Positions 49,711-59,294 of a stretch of 64,000 bases of DNA are shown here, piece after piece. Numbering within the stretch: the stretch's first letter is position 1; each line of letters begins with the position of its first letter. Source of the DNA: Synergistaceae bacterium (GTDB taxonomy: Bacteria > Synergistota > Synergistia > Synergistales > Aminobacteriaceae); NCBI GenBank assembly GCA_031274425.1, contig JAISQE010000067.1, positions 1 through 64,000 on the forward strand, read 5' to 3'. The notes beneath the pieces are model-generated. The model ran no database searches. It worked only from the letters and a program-made list of their open reading frames with translations, and was not told where the DNA came from. Both the position numbers and the translations under genes were made by a program.

Positions 49711-50760
49711 ATGAACGATTTGTCTTCGCCTTTCACGAACGCCAAACCTGCGCTGTGGCGTAACGCTTATCTGCGGTTCGTCCTCTTCGGGCTGCTCATC
49801 GCCACGCTGCCGCTTTTTTCCAGCTTGGGGCTGATGAAGAGCAGCACGTTGAACTATATCGGCAACGTGCTGGTGTACGCCGTCGCGGCTTTGGGGTTGA
49901 ACCTGCTGTTGGGGTACGCCGGCCTCATATCCCTGGGGACGGCCGGTTTCATGGGGCTTGGATCCTATATCGCCGCCTACATCGTGAAGGACATGGGCAT
50001 GTCCTTTTGGGCGGCGCTTGTGGCGGCCGTTCTCATTCCGACGCTCATCGGGCTGCTCATCGGCCTCATCTCGCTGCGCATCGAGGGCATTTATTTGGCC
50101 ATCGCCACGCTGTGCGTGTCCGAAATTCTGCTGAAAAGCTTCGAACAGGCGGATTCGATTACAGGCGGTATGCAGGGCAAGAGCGTGTCCTACCCCGTCG
50201 TTTTCGGACACGCCTTCAACCGCAGTTCCACCTACCTCATGCTTGTCGTGGTGCTCACGTTGGTGATGATGCTGACCCACAGCTTCGTGAACGGCCAAAA
50301 GGGGCGCGCCCTTCACGCGATGCGGGGCAGCGAGGTGGCGGCCCAGGCCATGGGCGTCAACCTGCTGCAGTATCGTCTCATAGCTTTTTCCCTGGCCACG
50401 GCCTATTCCGCGCTTTCCGGCGTGCTGTACGTCTTTTTCGTCAAGTTTTCCTATCCCTCGGTGTGGAACATGAACCTTTCTCTTTACGTGCTGGCGGCGG
50501 TGGTCATCGGAGGTCTTCGCTCCATCTACGGCACCGTCATCGGCACCTTTGTGGTGTGGGCCGTGCCGGACCTCATCCTCAAAAACCTGCCGGTCGTCGG
50601 CGGCATCAACGGCCTGCCTTACATCTTCAACGGCATTCTGATCATCGTCGTCGTCATGTTCGCCCCGCAGGGCATCTCCGGTTTGTGGCCCCTGAAGAAA
50701 AAAAAGAAACGGCAGCAAGTTCCCCAGCAAGTCCCCCCGAGCGGAAAGGAGGCCGGGTGA
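49711..50760 (+). CDS. livM: branched-chain amino acid ABC transporter permease
   Basis: 349 aa LivM family. Confidence 0.85.
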   Translation: MNDLSSPFTNAKPALWRNAYLRFVLFGLLIATLPLFSSLGLMKSSTLNYIGNVLVYAVAALGLNLLLGYAGLISLGTAGFMGLGSYIAAYIVKDMGMSFWAALVAAVLIPTLIGLLIGLISLRIEGIYLAIATLCVSEILLKSFEQADSITGGMQGKSVSYPVVFGHAFNRSSTYLMLVVVLTLVMMLTHSFVNGQKGRALHAMRGSEVAAQAMGVNLLQYRLIAFSLATAYSALSGVLYVFFVKFSYPSVWNMNLSLYVLAAVVIGGLRSIYGTVIGTFVVWAVPDLILKNLPVVGGINGLPYIFNGILIIVVVMFAPQGISGLWPLKKKKKRQQVPQQVPPSGKEAG

Positions 50761-50762
50761 GC

Positions 50763-51611
50763 ATGGTGGAGCCTCTTATGGATCTGACGCTCGCCCCCCA
50801 AACGACCACCCGCACCCTGGCGGAGGATGACGCGCTGCGAGTGGAGCGCCTTTCTATCAGCTTCGGCGGGCTCAGGGCCGTGGATGACCTGAGCTTCGCC
50901 GTGAAAAAAAAGGAGATCTTCGGTCTCATCGGCCCCAACGGCGCGGGCAAGACCACGGTCTTCAACTGCATCACGCAGTTTTACAGGCCCGACGAGGGCA
51001 ACGTCTTCTTCCGTACCGGGAAAGGGGACGGCGTGGTCAACCTGGTGGGCCGTCCCGTGCACAGCATCATCGGCCTGGGGTTGGTGCGTACTTTCCAGAA
51101 CGTGGAGGTCATCCAGGAGCTTTCGTTGCTGGAAAACGTCCTTATCGGCGCTCACATCGACTTCAAGGCCACGATTTTCGAACAGGCCTTCAAGCTGCCG
51201 CGCGCCCGGCGCGAGGAAAGGCTGTTCCAGAAGAAGGCCGAGGAGGCGCTGGCCTTTTTGGGCATCATCGACCGGAGGGACCTGCTCGCCGGCGGGCAGC
51301 CCTACGGAGTCCTGAAAAAAGTGGAGCTGGCCCGCACGCTGATGGCGAATCCTCGTTTGATCATCCTGGACGAGCCGGCTGCCGGGCTGAACGACAGCGA
51401 GACCCACGAGCTGGCGTCGACGATCCGCCAGATACGCGACGCCTACGACTGCACCATCCTCCTGGTGGAACACGACATGCGCCTGGTGATGGGGGTATGC
51501 GACAGGATCTGCGCCATCTCCTTCGGCAAGTTCCTGGCCTGCGACGTCCCGGAGGGCATCAAGCGCAACAAATTGGTGCAAGAAGCCTATCTTGGAGAGG
51601 AAGAAGCATGA
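50763..51611 (+). CDS. livG: branched-chain amino acid ABC transporter ATP-binding protein
   Basis: GPNGAGKTT Walker A; the true ORF is the C-terminal 282 aa of the 534-aa frame. Confidence 0.85.
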   Translation: MVEPLMDLTLAPQTTTRTLAEDDALRVERLSISFGGLRAVDDLSFAVKKKEIFGLIGPNGAGKTTVFNCITQFYRPDEGNVFFRTGKGDGVVNLVGRPVHSIIGLGLVRTFQNVEVIQELSLLENVLIGAHIDFKATIFEQAFKLPRARREERLFQKKAEEALAFLGIIDRRDLLAGGQPYGVLKKVELARTLMANPRLIILDEPAAGLNDSETHELASTIRQIRDAYDCTILLVEHDMRLVMGVCDRICAISFGKFLACDVPEGIKRNKLVQEAYLGEEEA

Positions 51612-52327
51612 AGGGGACCGCCTTGAGCATAAAGGGTTTGAAAGTGCGTTATGGCGCCATCGAGGCCGTCAAGGGCATCGACATCGACGTTTCGGAGGGG
51701 CAGGTGGTCGCGCTTCTGGGGGCGAACGGCGCCGGAAAAACCTCCACGCTGCGCACGGTCTCCGGCCTGACGCCGGCCGCCGGGGGCCGGATTTCCTATT
51801 ACGGCCGCGACATCACCAACATGGACGCCGAAAAAATAGCGGGGTTGGGCGTCACGCAATCGCCGGAGGGAAGGCAGATTTTCGGCGATTTGACGGTGGA
51901 GGAAAACCTGAAGGTGGGAGCCTTCACCTTGCGCGACAAACGGGTGATTCAGGAATGCTTCCAGCGTTGTTACCGTTATTTCCCCCGCCTTCAGGAGCGG
52001 AAAAGGCAAATGAGCTATACGCTCTCGGGCGGCGAACTGCAAATGCTGGCCATCGCCCGCGCGATGATGGCGAATCCGAAAGTCCTGCTGCTCGACGAAC
52101 CGTCTTTGGGCCTGGCGCCCTTGGTGGTGCGCGACATCTTCGCCATCATCGACGAGATCCGGCAAGAGGGCACGACGGTGATCATCGTGGAACAAAATGC
52201 CCTGCAAACTTTAAAGATCGCCGACTACGGTTATGTGCTGGAGGTTGGCGAAATCCGCATCCACGGTCCGGCAGCCGAACTGATCAAGGATACTCGTTTG
52301 GTGGAAGCCTATCTGGGCTCGGAGTGA
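51608..52327 (+). CDS. livF: branched-chain amino acid ABC transporter ATP-binding protein
   Basis: GANGAGKTST Walker A; ATGA overlap with livG. Confidence 0.85.
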   Translation: MKGTALSIKGLKVRYGAIEAVKGIDIDVSEGQVVALLGANGAGKTSTLRTVSGLTPAAGGRISYYGRDITNMDAEKIAGLGVTQSPEGRQIFGDLTVEENLKVGAFTLRDKRVIQECFQRCYRYFPRLQERKRQMSYTLSGGELQMLAIARAMMANPKVLLLDEPSLGLAPLVVRDIFAIIDEIRQEGTTVIIVEQNALQTLKIADYGYVLEVGEIRIHGPAAELIKDTRLVEAYLGSE

Positions 52328-52403
52328 TCCGTTCCCCAGAGCTTTACATTAAATGTTTACGCGACGAGCGTAGAACATATATCTCAATCGATCTGGAGGG
52401 AAA

Positions 52404-53633
52404 GTGATGAAAAAAGCGTTTGTTGTAGTGCTGGCGGTACTGATGGTCTTCAATATGGCTGCCTGCGGAAGCGCCGCCAAGAAGTACTCTCAGGGAGTCG
52501 ACGACGCCCAAGTTGTGGTCGGCAATTCCGCGGCCACGTCCGGACCTTACGCCCCCGTCGGCGTGCCCTTCCTGGCGGGCATCGAGGCTTATATGGAGAT
52601 GGTGAACGCGGAGGGCGGCATCGATGGGCGCAAGATCGTCTTCAACCACATCACGGACGACGAGTTCGACCCCGCCAAGGGCAAGGCCGCTCTAGCCAAC
52701 CTGGTGGAGGACGAGAAAGTTTTCGCCATCGTCGGCCACTTCGGCACCCCCGTGGTGGCGGCCACGGTGGAGGACCTGAAGGAGTACGGGATTCCCGCCG
52801 TCTACTTCGCCACCGGCATCGGGCAGTTGTACGCCGATAACGCCAAAACCAACGCCGAGGGCTACAACATCTTCCCGGTGCAGCCCATCTACATCACCGA
52901 GGGCCGCATCATGGTCGCCTACGCCGCGGGCAAGTTCAACGCCAAGAAAATAGGGATCATTTACACCAACGACGACGCCGGCGTGAACCTCTATCACGGC
53001 GCGACCGCGCAAATCGAGGAAACAAGCGGACTCGAAGCGGTAGCCGCGCAGGTCACCGCCGGAACGGCCGACGTCTCGGCCGCCGTGACCACCATGAAAA
53101 ACGCCGGCGTGGATTTCGTCATCGTCGCCTCCATTCAAGGAACCATGCCCACCATCGTGAAAGAGCTGGCCGCTCAGAGCGTGAACAAGGATTGCATCAC
53201 CACTTACGTCAACGAGGCCCTGGCCATGAGCGAGGCCGTCGTGAACGACATCAAGGGCAAATTCGACGTCTACACTCTGGGTTGGGTCGAATACGCCGAC
53301 AAGGCCGCGCTGGACCTTTACGTCAAATGGGCGCCCGAGCGATACGCGATGAATATTTACGCCCAGACCGGCTGGATAGCGGGTCATTTCTTCTGCGAGG
53401 GGCTGCGTCGTCTGAAGGACAAGGACATCACCTGGGAAGCCTACATGGAGGCGTTGGAGAACGGGGGCCCCATCAAGAACCCGTTCGGCGGCGTCATCGA
53501 CTACGCCAACGGCAAACGCCGCGGCACTCAGGAGATGCACCTGTCCAAAGCCGTTCCCGTCTCCGAACAGTGGCCCTCCGGTTGGGAGCTGGTCTTCCCG
53601 CTGGCCAGCGTGGATTCCTTGCTGAGCAAATAG
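52404..53633 (+). CDS. branched-chain amino acid ABC transporter substrate-binding lipoprotein (LivJ/K-like)
   Basis: Lipoprotein signal MMKKAFVVVLAVLMVFNMAACGS; type-1 SBP. Located last in the operon. Confidence 0.8.
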   Translation: MMKKAFVVVLAVLMVFNMAACGSAAKKYSQGVDDAQVVVGNSAATSGPYAPVGVPFLAGIEAYMEMVNAEGGIDGRKIVFNHITDDEFDPAKGKAALANLVEDEKVFAIVGHFGTPVVAATVEDLKEYGIPAVYFATGIGQLYADNAKTNAEGYNIFPVQPIYITEGRIMVAYAAGKFNAKKIGIIYTNDDAGVNLYHGATAQIEETSGLEAVAAQVTAGTADVSAAVTTMKNAGVDFVIVASIQGTMPTIVKELAAQSVNKDCITTYVNEALAMSEAVVNDIKGKFDVYTLGWVEYADKAALDLYVKWAPERYAMNIYAQTGWIAGHFFCEGLRRLKDKDITWEAYMEALENGGPIKNPFGGVIDYANGKRRGTQEMHLSKAVPVSEQWPSGWELVFPLASVDSLLSK

Positions 53634-53698
53634 GCAAGCAGGCAAAGTAGACAAACAATCGAATCGTCGGCGACGGCGAGGCCGAGCGGCGCGGTTTG

Positions 53699-53750
53699 TC
53701 CCCAAGGGGCCGGCGCTCGGCCCCTTGGGGTTCGAACGTTTATTTATTTT
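53699..53750 (+). terminator. rho-independent terminator, perfect 13-bp stem CCCCAAGGGGCCG/CGGCCCCTTGGGG plus T-rich tract
   Basis: Inverted repeat 53699-53711 / 53717-53729 followed by TTCGAACGTTTATTTATTTT; lies between convergent liv SBP and pcm genes. Confidence 0.8.
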
Positions 53751-54451
53751 CAATCGATGCCTATGAGGAGAGGGACGAAACGGCAATAGTCGTACCACGT
53801 GTTGCGAAAGCCGGGCTCCAAATTTTCCCGCACCAACAGGCGTTGTCCTCCCGTCATGACGCTCAAGGGGACGATCAGACGTCCATTGGGGCGCAGCTGT
53901 CGATCCCAGGCGGGCTCCACGCGCGACGAGGCCGCCGTGACGATGATTCTGTCGTAAGGGGCTTCGCGGGGGTACCCGTTGCGTCCATCGCCGTGGATCA
54001 CCGAGACGTTGAAGCTCAAACTCCGCAGCCTTTCTCGAGCTTGGCGGGCAAGCGACTCCACCCGCTCCATCGACCAGACTCGAAGGCCCATTGTCGCGAG
54101 GATCGCGGACTGGTAACCGGAGCCCGTCCCTATCTCCAGGATCTTCATGCCGGGCTCCGCGGACAAGAGCTCCGTCATTTTGGCGACCATATAAGGCTGG
54201 GATATCGTCTGCCGTTCGCCTATGGGCAAAGGCCGATCGATATAGGCGCTTTCCGTGTACTCCTCCGGCACGAAAAGATGACGCGGCACGGAGGTCATCG
54301 CGTCGAGAACCCGTGTGTCCTTCACGTCGCGTCCGATGATTTGCTCCTCTACCATATCCGAGGCCTGCAAACACCACTTTTGCGTTTTCTTATCCTCCAT
54401 CAGAGGAATCGCCCCCCAGCGTGAGACCTCTCCGCGTCGTTCGGGAGACAC
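53750..54451 (-). CDS. pcm: protein-L-isoaspartate O-methyltransferase
   Basis: LEIGTGSGYQSAILA SAM motif. Start uncertain (GTG 54451 or ATG 54400). Confidence 0.85.
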   Translation of the reverse strand: MSPERRGEVSRWGAIPLMEDKKTQKWCLQASDMVEEQIIGRDVKDTRVLDAMTSVPRHLFVPEEYTESAYIDRPLPIGERQTISQPYMVAKMTELLSAEPGMKILEIGTGSGYQSAILATMGLRVWSMERVESLARQARERLRSLSFNVSVIHGDGRNGYPREAPYDRIIVTAASSRVEPAWDRQLRPNGRLIVPLSVMTGGQRLLVRENLEPGFRNTWYDYCRFVPLLIGID

Positions 54452-54469
54452 GGCGGTCGTGTCGTCGTC

Positions 54470-56389
54470 TTACTCCGTCCAGACGGTTACCACGGGAAAA
54501 CCGAGACGCGAATGTTTGATCTCGAAACGGGGAGCCAAAACGGCAGCCAGGCGCTCCGTCGATTTGGACGCGATCCAGAGAGGCGATTTCTCGTCCCCCG
54601 CGTCCATTGCGAAGATATTCGCTTTTTCGAGCAACCGTATCAAGGCGTTCTTGTCCGCGGTTCTATTTGTGTTCCCTCCCTTGTTTTCCGGCAGATCTAC
54701 CTGTATCAACAGGCTATAGGGCGGCAGGTTCAAAGATTTGCGTTCCTCCAGCTCCCGCCTCCAGAAATGTTCCCATCCGAGCCATAGAGAGCTTTGCCAA
54801 CTGCTTCCCGGACGGCGGGTCTGCATCAGAACGGTCCGCTCCTCTCCGCGTTCGTCCCGACCAAGTCCTCGCCAATAGGATTCCCACACCATACTGAAAG
54901 TCTGAAACCTCGCGTTATACTCCACCTTGCGGGCCTCGGCATCCAGGTCCAGCCACGCCACAAGCCCCACGTCAAGCGAAGCGCACGAGGACAAAAGCCT
55001 TCGAGTGCCCAAGATCAAAGATGGCGCGGTCAATTTTTGCCCTGCGTCGAGCAAAACTTCGCATCCTTTTAGATATCGCGCCGCCAGGGGAAGCAACGCC
55101 TCCAGCCCGGGCCTTTTTCCCAAAAGAAGGGTCCCTCGGCAGGTGGGGCACTGCGCGGGGAGAGCTTCGCGCAATCCGCACCTGAAGCAGCGCAAAATCG
55201 CGTTTGTCGGGCCGGAGTCCCGAAGGTTTTCGTTTTTCGCCACTCCGCCTCTTGCGCTCTCGACCCGCATGACGGAACCGCAGCGCGAACAGTAAAGAGC
55301 GTCGCCGCAATCGGCGCAACATACTTCCCCCGCTTGCCCCTTGCGGTCCATAATCCAAAACGCGTGACGCCCCTGATCCAAGGTCGTCCGGGTACGCTCG
55401 ATCAACGCCTTCGTGATGGGAATTTGCCCTTCGGTTCCGCGTATCTCGGTTTTGAAGGAACGCCCCATATCCACGAACACGAGGTTCCTGCGCTGCGGCA
55501 AAATCCGGCACTCGGGGCGAGAGCGCAAAGAGGTTTTAGCCGACGGCATGCGTCCCCCCAGGACGAGTCTCGCTTTCAGGAAAAGGGCCCGTCGGCCGGT
55601 CAGACTGCGAGCCGAAAGGCGAGGCGCCCGTTGGGATAAATAGGCCGGGTTGGATTCATCGTCCACGATGAACTCGTCGAAAGAAAAAGGGGCAAACACG
55701 GCGCCTCTCGCGCCAATTACGACGCGGACCTGGCCGGAAGCTGTTTTGTTCCACGCGTCCCATAGTTTTTTTCCTCCGGCGGAGGGCCACAAAAGCGCGT
55801 TTGTCTTGAGCGCTTTGGGCAAACGCGCAAAAAAAGCCGCGCTTTCTTTCGCCTCGGGGAAGAGAAGAAGGGTACGCGCCTCATTGCTGGAAAGCCTTTC
55901 GCGGTAATAGGCGAAACGTTCCTCGTCCAAGGGGTGGTAGAAGGAAATTTCCTGAAAGGTCCCTTCCTTTATCGCCGTCGTCGCCGATGACGGACGAGGG
56001 GAAAAAGGCTCTCCTCGCAGGATGGGGTTGGGGCAGATGACCTGAAGGGCTTCGCCCATGCCGCACAGGAAGGTTTTTCCTATCCAGCCGGCAAGGTCCC
56101 AAAGTTCGTCCCCCAACGCGGACGTTTCGTCCAAAACCTCCTTGACGTTTTTGAGCGTCGCGTTCGCAGGCGTTCCCCCTTCGCAAAGATCATAACTGGG
56201 GCGCGCCACAAAACCGACGCGCTCGCCTCTCCCCAAGGGCACCTTCACCCGCGCGCCCTCCGTTGGAAGCGGCTTTCCGTCGAAAACATAGGTCAAGGCA
56301 TTCCACCAAGGGCCGGGGACAACGACGTCGATACATCGCAAATCGGGCTCTCCGGCTAAAAGAGGCCGCCCGTGATCAGTTCTTCCCAC
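54470..56389 (-). CDS. priA: primosomal protein N' (PriA) homologue with degenerate helicase motifs
   Basis: 3'BD-like N-terminus, Cys4-Cys4 zinc region (CADCGDALYCSRCG...CFRCG...CPTCRG), conserved gmk-rpoZ-coaBC-priA synteny. Walker A is absent (PLDEERFAYY where GxGKT is expected) and DEAH reads DDES. Confidence 0.75.
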   Translation of the reverse strand: MGRTDHGRPLLAGEPDLRCIDVVVPGPWWNALTYVFDGKPLPTEGARVKVPLGRGERVGFVARPSYDLCEGGTPANATLKNVKEVLDETSALGDELWDLAGWIGKTFLCGMGEALQVICPNPILRGEPFSPRPSSATTAIKEGTFQEISFYHPLDEERFAYYRERLSSNEARTLLLFPEAKESAAFFARLPKALKTNALLWPSAGGKKLWDAWNKTASGQVRVVIGARGAVFAPFSFDEFIVDDESNPAYLSQRAPRLSARSLTGRRALFLKARLVLGGRMPSAKTSLRSRPECRILPQRRNLVFVDMGRSFKTEIRGTEGQIPITKALIERTRTTLDQGRHAFWIMDRKGQAGEVCCADCGDALYCSRCGSVMRVESARGGVAKNENLRDSGPTNAILRCFRCGLREALPAQCPTCRGTLLLGKRPGLEALLPLAARYLKGCEVLLDAGQKLTAPSLILGTRRLLSSCASLDVGLVAWLDLDAEARKVEYNARFQTFSMVWESYWRGLGRDERGEERTVLMQTRRPGSSWQSSLWLGWEHFWRRELEERKSLNLPPYSLLIQVDLPENKGGNTNRTADKNALIRLLEKANIFAMDAGDEKSPLWIASKSTERLAAVLAPRFEIKHSRLGFPVVTVWTE

Positions 56390-57588
56390 ACGGCGTCGGC
56401 CACTTCTTCCTTGCTGCCGGAAATGGAGATCTCGCCACCGGTACGCGAGATCATGTGGACGACGTTGGTGTCGACCCCAAACCCGCTGCTCGGCGCGGAA
56501 ACGTCGTTGGCCAGCATCACGTCCAGCCCTTTGCGCTCCAGTTTAGCGCGCGCGTTCGCCACGAGGTCGTCGGTCTCCGCGGCGAACCCGATCAACAACT
56601 GATCGGCTCTTTTCCGAGCGCCAACCTCCGCCGCGATGTCCGGATTTTGCACCAAAGAAAGCGAAAACGTTCTCTCTTGGTCATTTCCTCCCGTGTTTCG
56701 CTTGATTTTGTGATCGGCTTTCTCCTCCGCGCGATAGTCGCCTACCGCGGCGGCCTTGACGATGCAATCCGCCCACTCCAGGTTCTCCATGACCGCGTCG
56801 CGCATCTCCAGCGTCGAGACGACGCCGTGAATTTCCAAGCCGTGAGCGCTGCCGGCAGGCGACGCCGGCCCCAGGATCACCCGGACTTCCGCCCCGCGAT
56901 ACCAAGCGGTCCGCGCCATCGCCAACCCCATTTTGCCGCTGGAGGGATTCGAGATGAAGCGCACGGGATCCAAATACTCTCGGGTTGGGCCGGCTGTGAC
57001 AAGAATATGCTTTCCCGCCAGGTCGCGTCGAGGCGAAAGGGCGTAAGCGATTTCCTCCAAAATCAAATCGGTGTCCGGCAGCCTTCCCTTGCCCTCATAT
57101 CCGCACGCCAAGAGGCCGAACGCGGGGTCCACCACCCGTACGCCCCGCTGCGTCAAAATCTCCAGGTTCCGCCGCGTGGCCGGGTTTTCGAACATGTGGA
57201 CGTTCATTGCCGGGAAGAGCACCACCGGCGCTTGCGTGGCCAGGAGGGCGGCCTCTACGATGCCGCCGGCTCGCCCCTGCGCGACGCCGAACGCGGTGTT
57301 GGCGGAACAGGGGGCGACGACGACGACCTCCGCCCAGTCGGCCAAGTGGATGTGGGGGATTTCGAACCCCCGGGACGAGGCAAGAAAATCGCTCTGCAGC
57401 CAAGCGCGGCGATTCGACAACGTCGAAAGAGCCAACGGACTGACCAATGTCTCCGCCGCCTCGGTCATCGCTATCTCCACCTCGCAATCCAGCTTTCTCA
57501 ACCGGCTGACGAGATCGGGGATTTTATAGGCGGCGATGCCTCCCGTGACGCATAAAAGTATCTTTCGAGAGCGTTTCCAGGCTAACAT
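56356..57588 (-). CDS. coaBC: bifunctional phosphopantothenoylcysteine decarboxylase / phosphopantothenate--cysteine ligase
   Basis: 410 aa; N-terminal flavoprotein (ILLCVTGGIAAYK) and C-terminal CoaB domains. Confidence 0.9.
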   Translation of the reverse strand: MLAWKRSRKILLCVTGGIAAYKIPDLVSRLRKLDCEVEIAMTEAAETLVSPLALSTLSNRRAWLQSDFLASSRGFEIPHIHLADWAEVVVVAPCSANTAFGVAQGRAGGIVEAALLATQAPVVLFPAMNVHMFENPATRRNLEILTQRGVRVVDPAFGLLACGYEGKGRLPDTDLILEEIAYALSPRRDLAGKHILVTAGPTREYLDPVRFISNPSSGKMGLAMARTAWYRGAEVRVILGPASPAGSAHGLEIHGVVSTLEMRDAVMENLEWADCIVKAAAVGDYRAEEKADHKIKRNTGGNDQERTFSLSLVQNPDIAAEVGARKRADQLLIGFAAETDDLVANARAKLERKGLDVMLANDVSAPSSGFGVDTNVVHMISRTGGEISISGSKEEVADAVWEELITGGLF

Positions 57589-57609
57589 TTTTAAAGGTCA
57601 AAAAACGAT

Positions 57610-57915
57610 TCACGCGCCAACGGATTCCGTTGGTTCAATGTCGGGGACGTGTTGGGCGTTCGAGGCGTTTGGGGTATTTTTGGCATTGTGGTGGAACGAC
57701 GTTTTTTCGAGTCCTTCGACCCAGTCTCCGGGAATCGCGCCTTGTTCGATCTCCAAAAGAGCGGCCGAAAGATATTTTTCGTTTGCCGGCAGGGCGTCGA
57801 TCACCGTTTTCCTTTCGCTCAACCACCGAGCCCTGGCCGCCACCAGGGCCGTAATTTCATATTTGTTGTCCGTGCCGCACGTATTCTCGAGGGCATCTAT
57901 ATCGTAGAATTTCAT
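57610..57915 (-). CDS. rpoZ: DNA-directed RNA polymerase subunit omega
   Basis: 101 aa; NKYEITALVAARARWL motif; gmk-rpoZ synteny. Confidence 0.8.
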   Translation of the reverse strand: MKFYDIDALENTCGTDNKYEITALVAARARWLSERKTVIDALPANEKYLSAALLEIEQGAIPGDWVEGLEKTSFHHNAKNTPNASNAQHVPDIEPTESVGA

Positions 57916-57947
57916 ATTCGTTTACCCGCCTTTCGTAACTTTTCGCT

Positions 57948-58550
57948 TCACTGGTTTTCCCGTGATTGTTTTCTGTAATGCAGGATGATGCGACGCAGTT
58001 CCTCGGAAGCGCGTTCCAGAACGTCGTTGAGAACGACGTGATCGTATTCTTTCGCCCGCTCCATCTCCTTCTTGGCGTCCTCGAGCCTCAGATCGATCTT
58101 CTCCTCGGATTCCGTTCTGCGTCTGCGCAGCCGTTCCTCCAGAACCTCCAGCGAGGGCGGCAGAATGAAAATGAGAACGCTCTCCGGAAGGAGCGACCGA
58201 ATCTGTTGCGCTCCCTGGACGTCGATCTCCAGCAGGGCGTCCCGTCCCGATTCCAACTCGCGCACGATATCCTCCCGCAAGGTGCCGTAACGATCTCCGT
58301 GGACGACGGCGTGTTCCAGAAACAACCCCCCCGCGATCTTCTCCTCGAACTCCTCTCTCGTGACGAAATGATAGTCCACCCCGTCGCGTTCGCCGTTACG
58401 CGGCTTTCGCGTGGTGCAGGATATGGAATAAGTCAAATTTTCGACGTCCGCCAGCGCTCGCGTCCTCAACGTTCCCTTACCCACTCCGCTGGGTCCGGCA
58501 AGTACGAAAAGTCTTCCTTTATGCCTTTGTTCGCTCAACACGCAACCCTC
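57948..58550 (-). CDS. gmk: guanylate kinase
   Basis: GPSGVGKGT P-loop. GTG start at 58550 (VLSEQRHKGRLFVLAG). The 452-aa ORF extension is artefact. Confidence 0.9.
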   Translation of the reverse strand, partial: EGCVLSEQRHKGRLFVLAGPSGVGKGTLRTRALADVENLTYSISCTTRKPRNGERDGVDYHFVTREEFEEKIAGGLFLEHAVVHGDRYGTLREDIVRELESGRDALLEIDVQGAQQIRSLLPESVLIFILPPSLEVLEERLRRRRTESEEKIDLRLEDAKKEMERAKEYDHVVLNDVLERASEELRRIILHYRKQSRENQ

Positions 58551-58775
58551 TATTCCGCTTCCCCAAATCCAAGGTTTTCTTGGGCCTTCTCGATTTCTAT
58601 ATGATACGGCATTACCGACGGATATAGCAAGCGTTGTCTTTTTTGGAGGACTTGCGATAGAATAAACAGCGCATTTCCGAAAGGGGCGGAATATCATGGC
58701 AGAGATGAAAAACCTCAGGCTCCGTCCGCGGAGGGGATCTCCCCGATGTTGAAATCGGCCTCCGCAAAAGCCTCT

Positions 58776-59225
58776 ATGGTGAAAATGGACGCGACGAGCC
58801 TTGAAATCATAAAGCGTCTCAGTTGCCGCGAACAATCCGTCGCGCAGATCGCCCAGGAACTGGATGTCTCGGAGGGCACGGTGCGCAACCGCATCGCCAG
58901 ACTGGAAGAAGCCGGGATCTTGAATCGCTGCGCCATCGTGGACACGGACGCCTTGCCCGGACACATGGTCATCTTCATCGGGATGAAACTCACCAGCCCC
59001 CATATCGTGGGGAAGGCCGAAGAATTGCGGGATTTGAAAGGCGTCGTCTCCGTAGCCGCGGTGACGGGCAGTTACGATATCATCCTGATCGTCATGTTGA
59101 ACGAAAATTTCGGACTGCTCGAGTTTTTCAACGAGGAGTTTTCCGCTCATTCCGACGGAGTTCAATCCACGGAGACGTTCGTGGTCTATAAGGGCTTCAA
59201 CTTCAAGCTGCCGTATATGCTGTAA
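58776..59225 (+). CDS. Lrp/AsnC family transcriptional regulator
   Basis: HTH (LEIIKRLSCREQSVAQIAQELDVSEGTVRNRIARLEEAGIL) plus RAM domain. Confidence 0.85.
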   Translation: MVKMDATSLEIIKRLSCREQSVAQIAQELDVSEGTVRNRIARLEEAGILNRCAIVDTDALPGHMVIFIGMKLTSPHIVGKAEELRDLKGVVSVAAVTGSYDIILIVMLNENFGLLEFFNEEFSAHSDGVQSTETFVVYKGFNFKLPYML

Positions 59226-59294
59226 AAATGCCCCTTTTGGGCTATAATCTGCGTTGATGCGTCGGTGCGCGACATCCGCCGGATGTCGTCGGTC

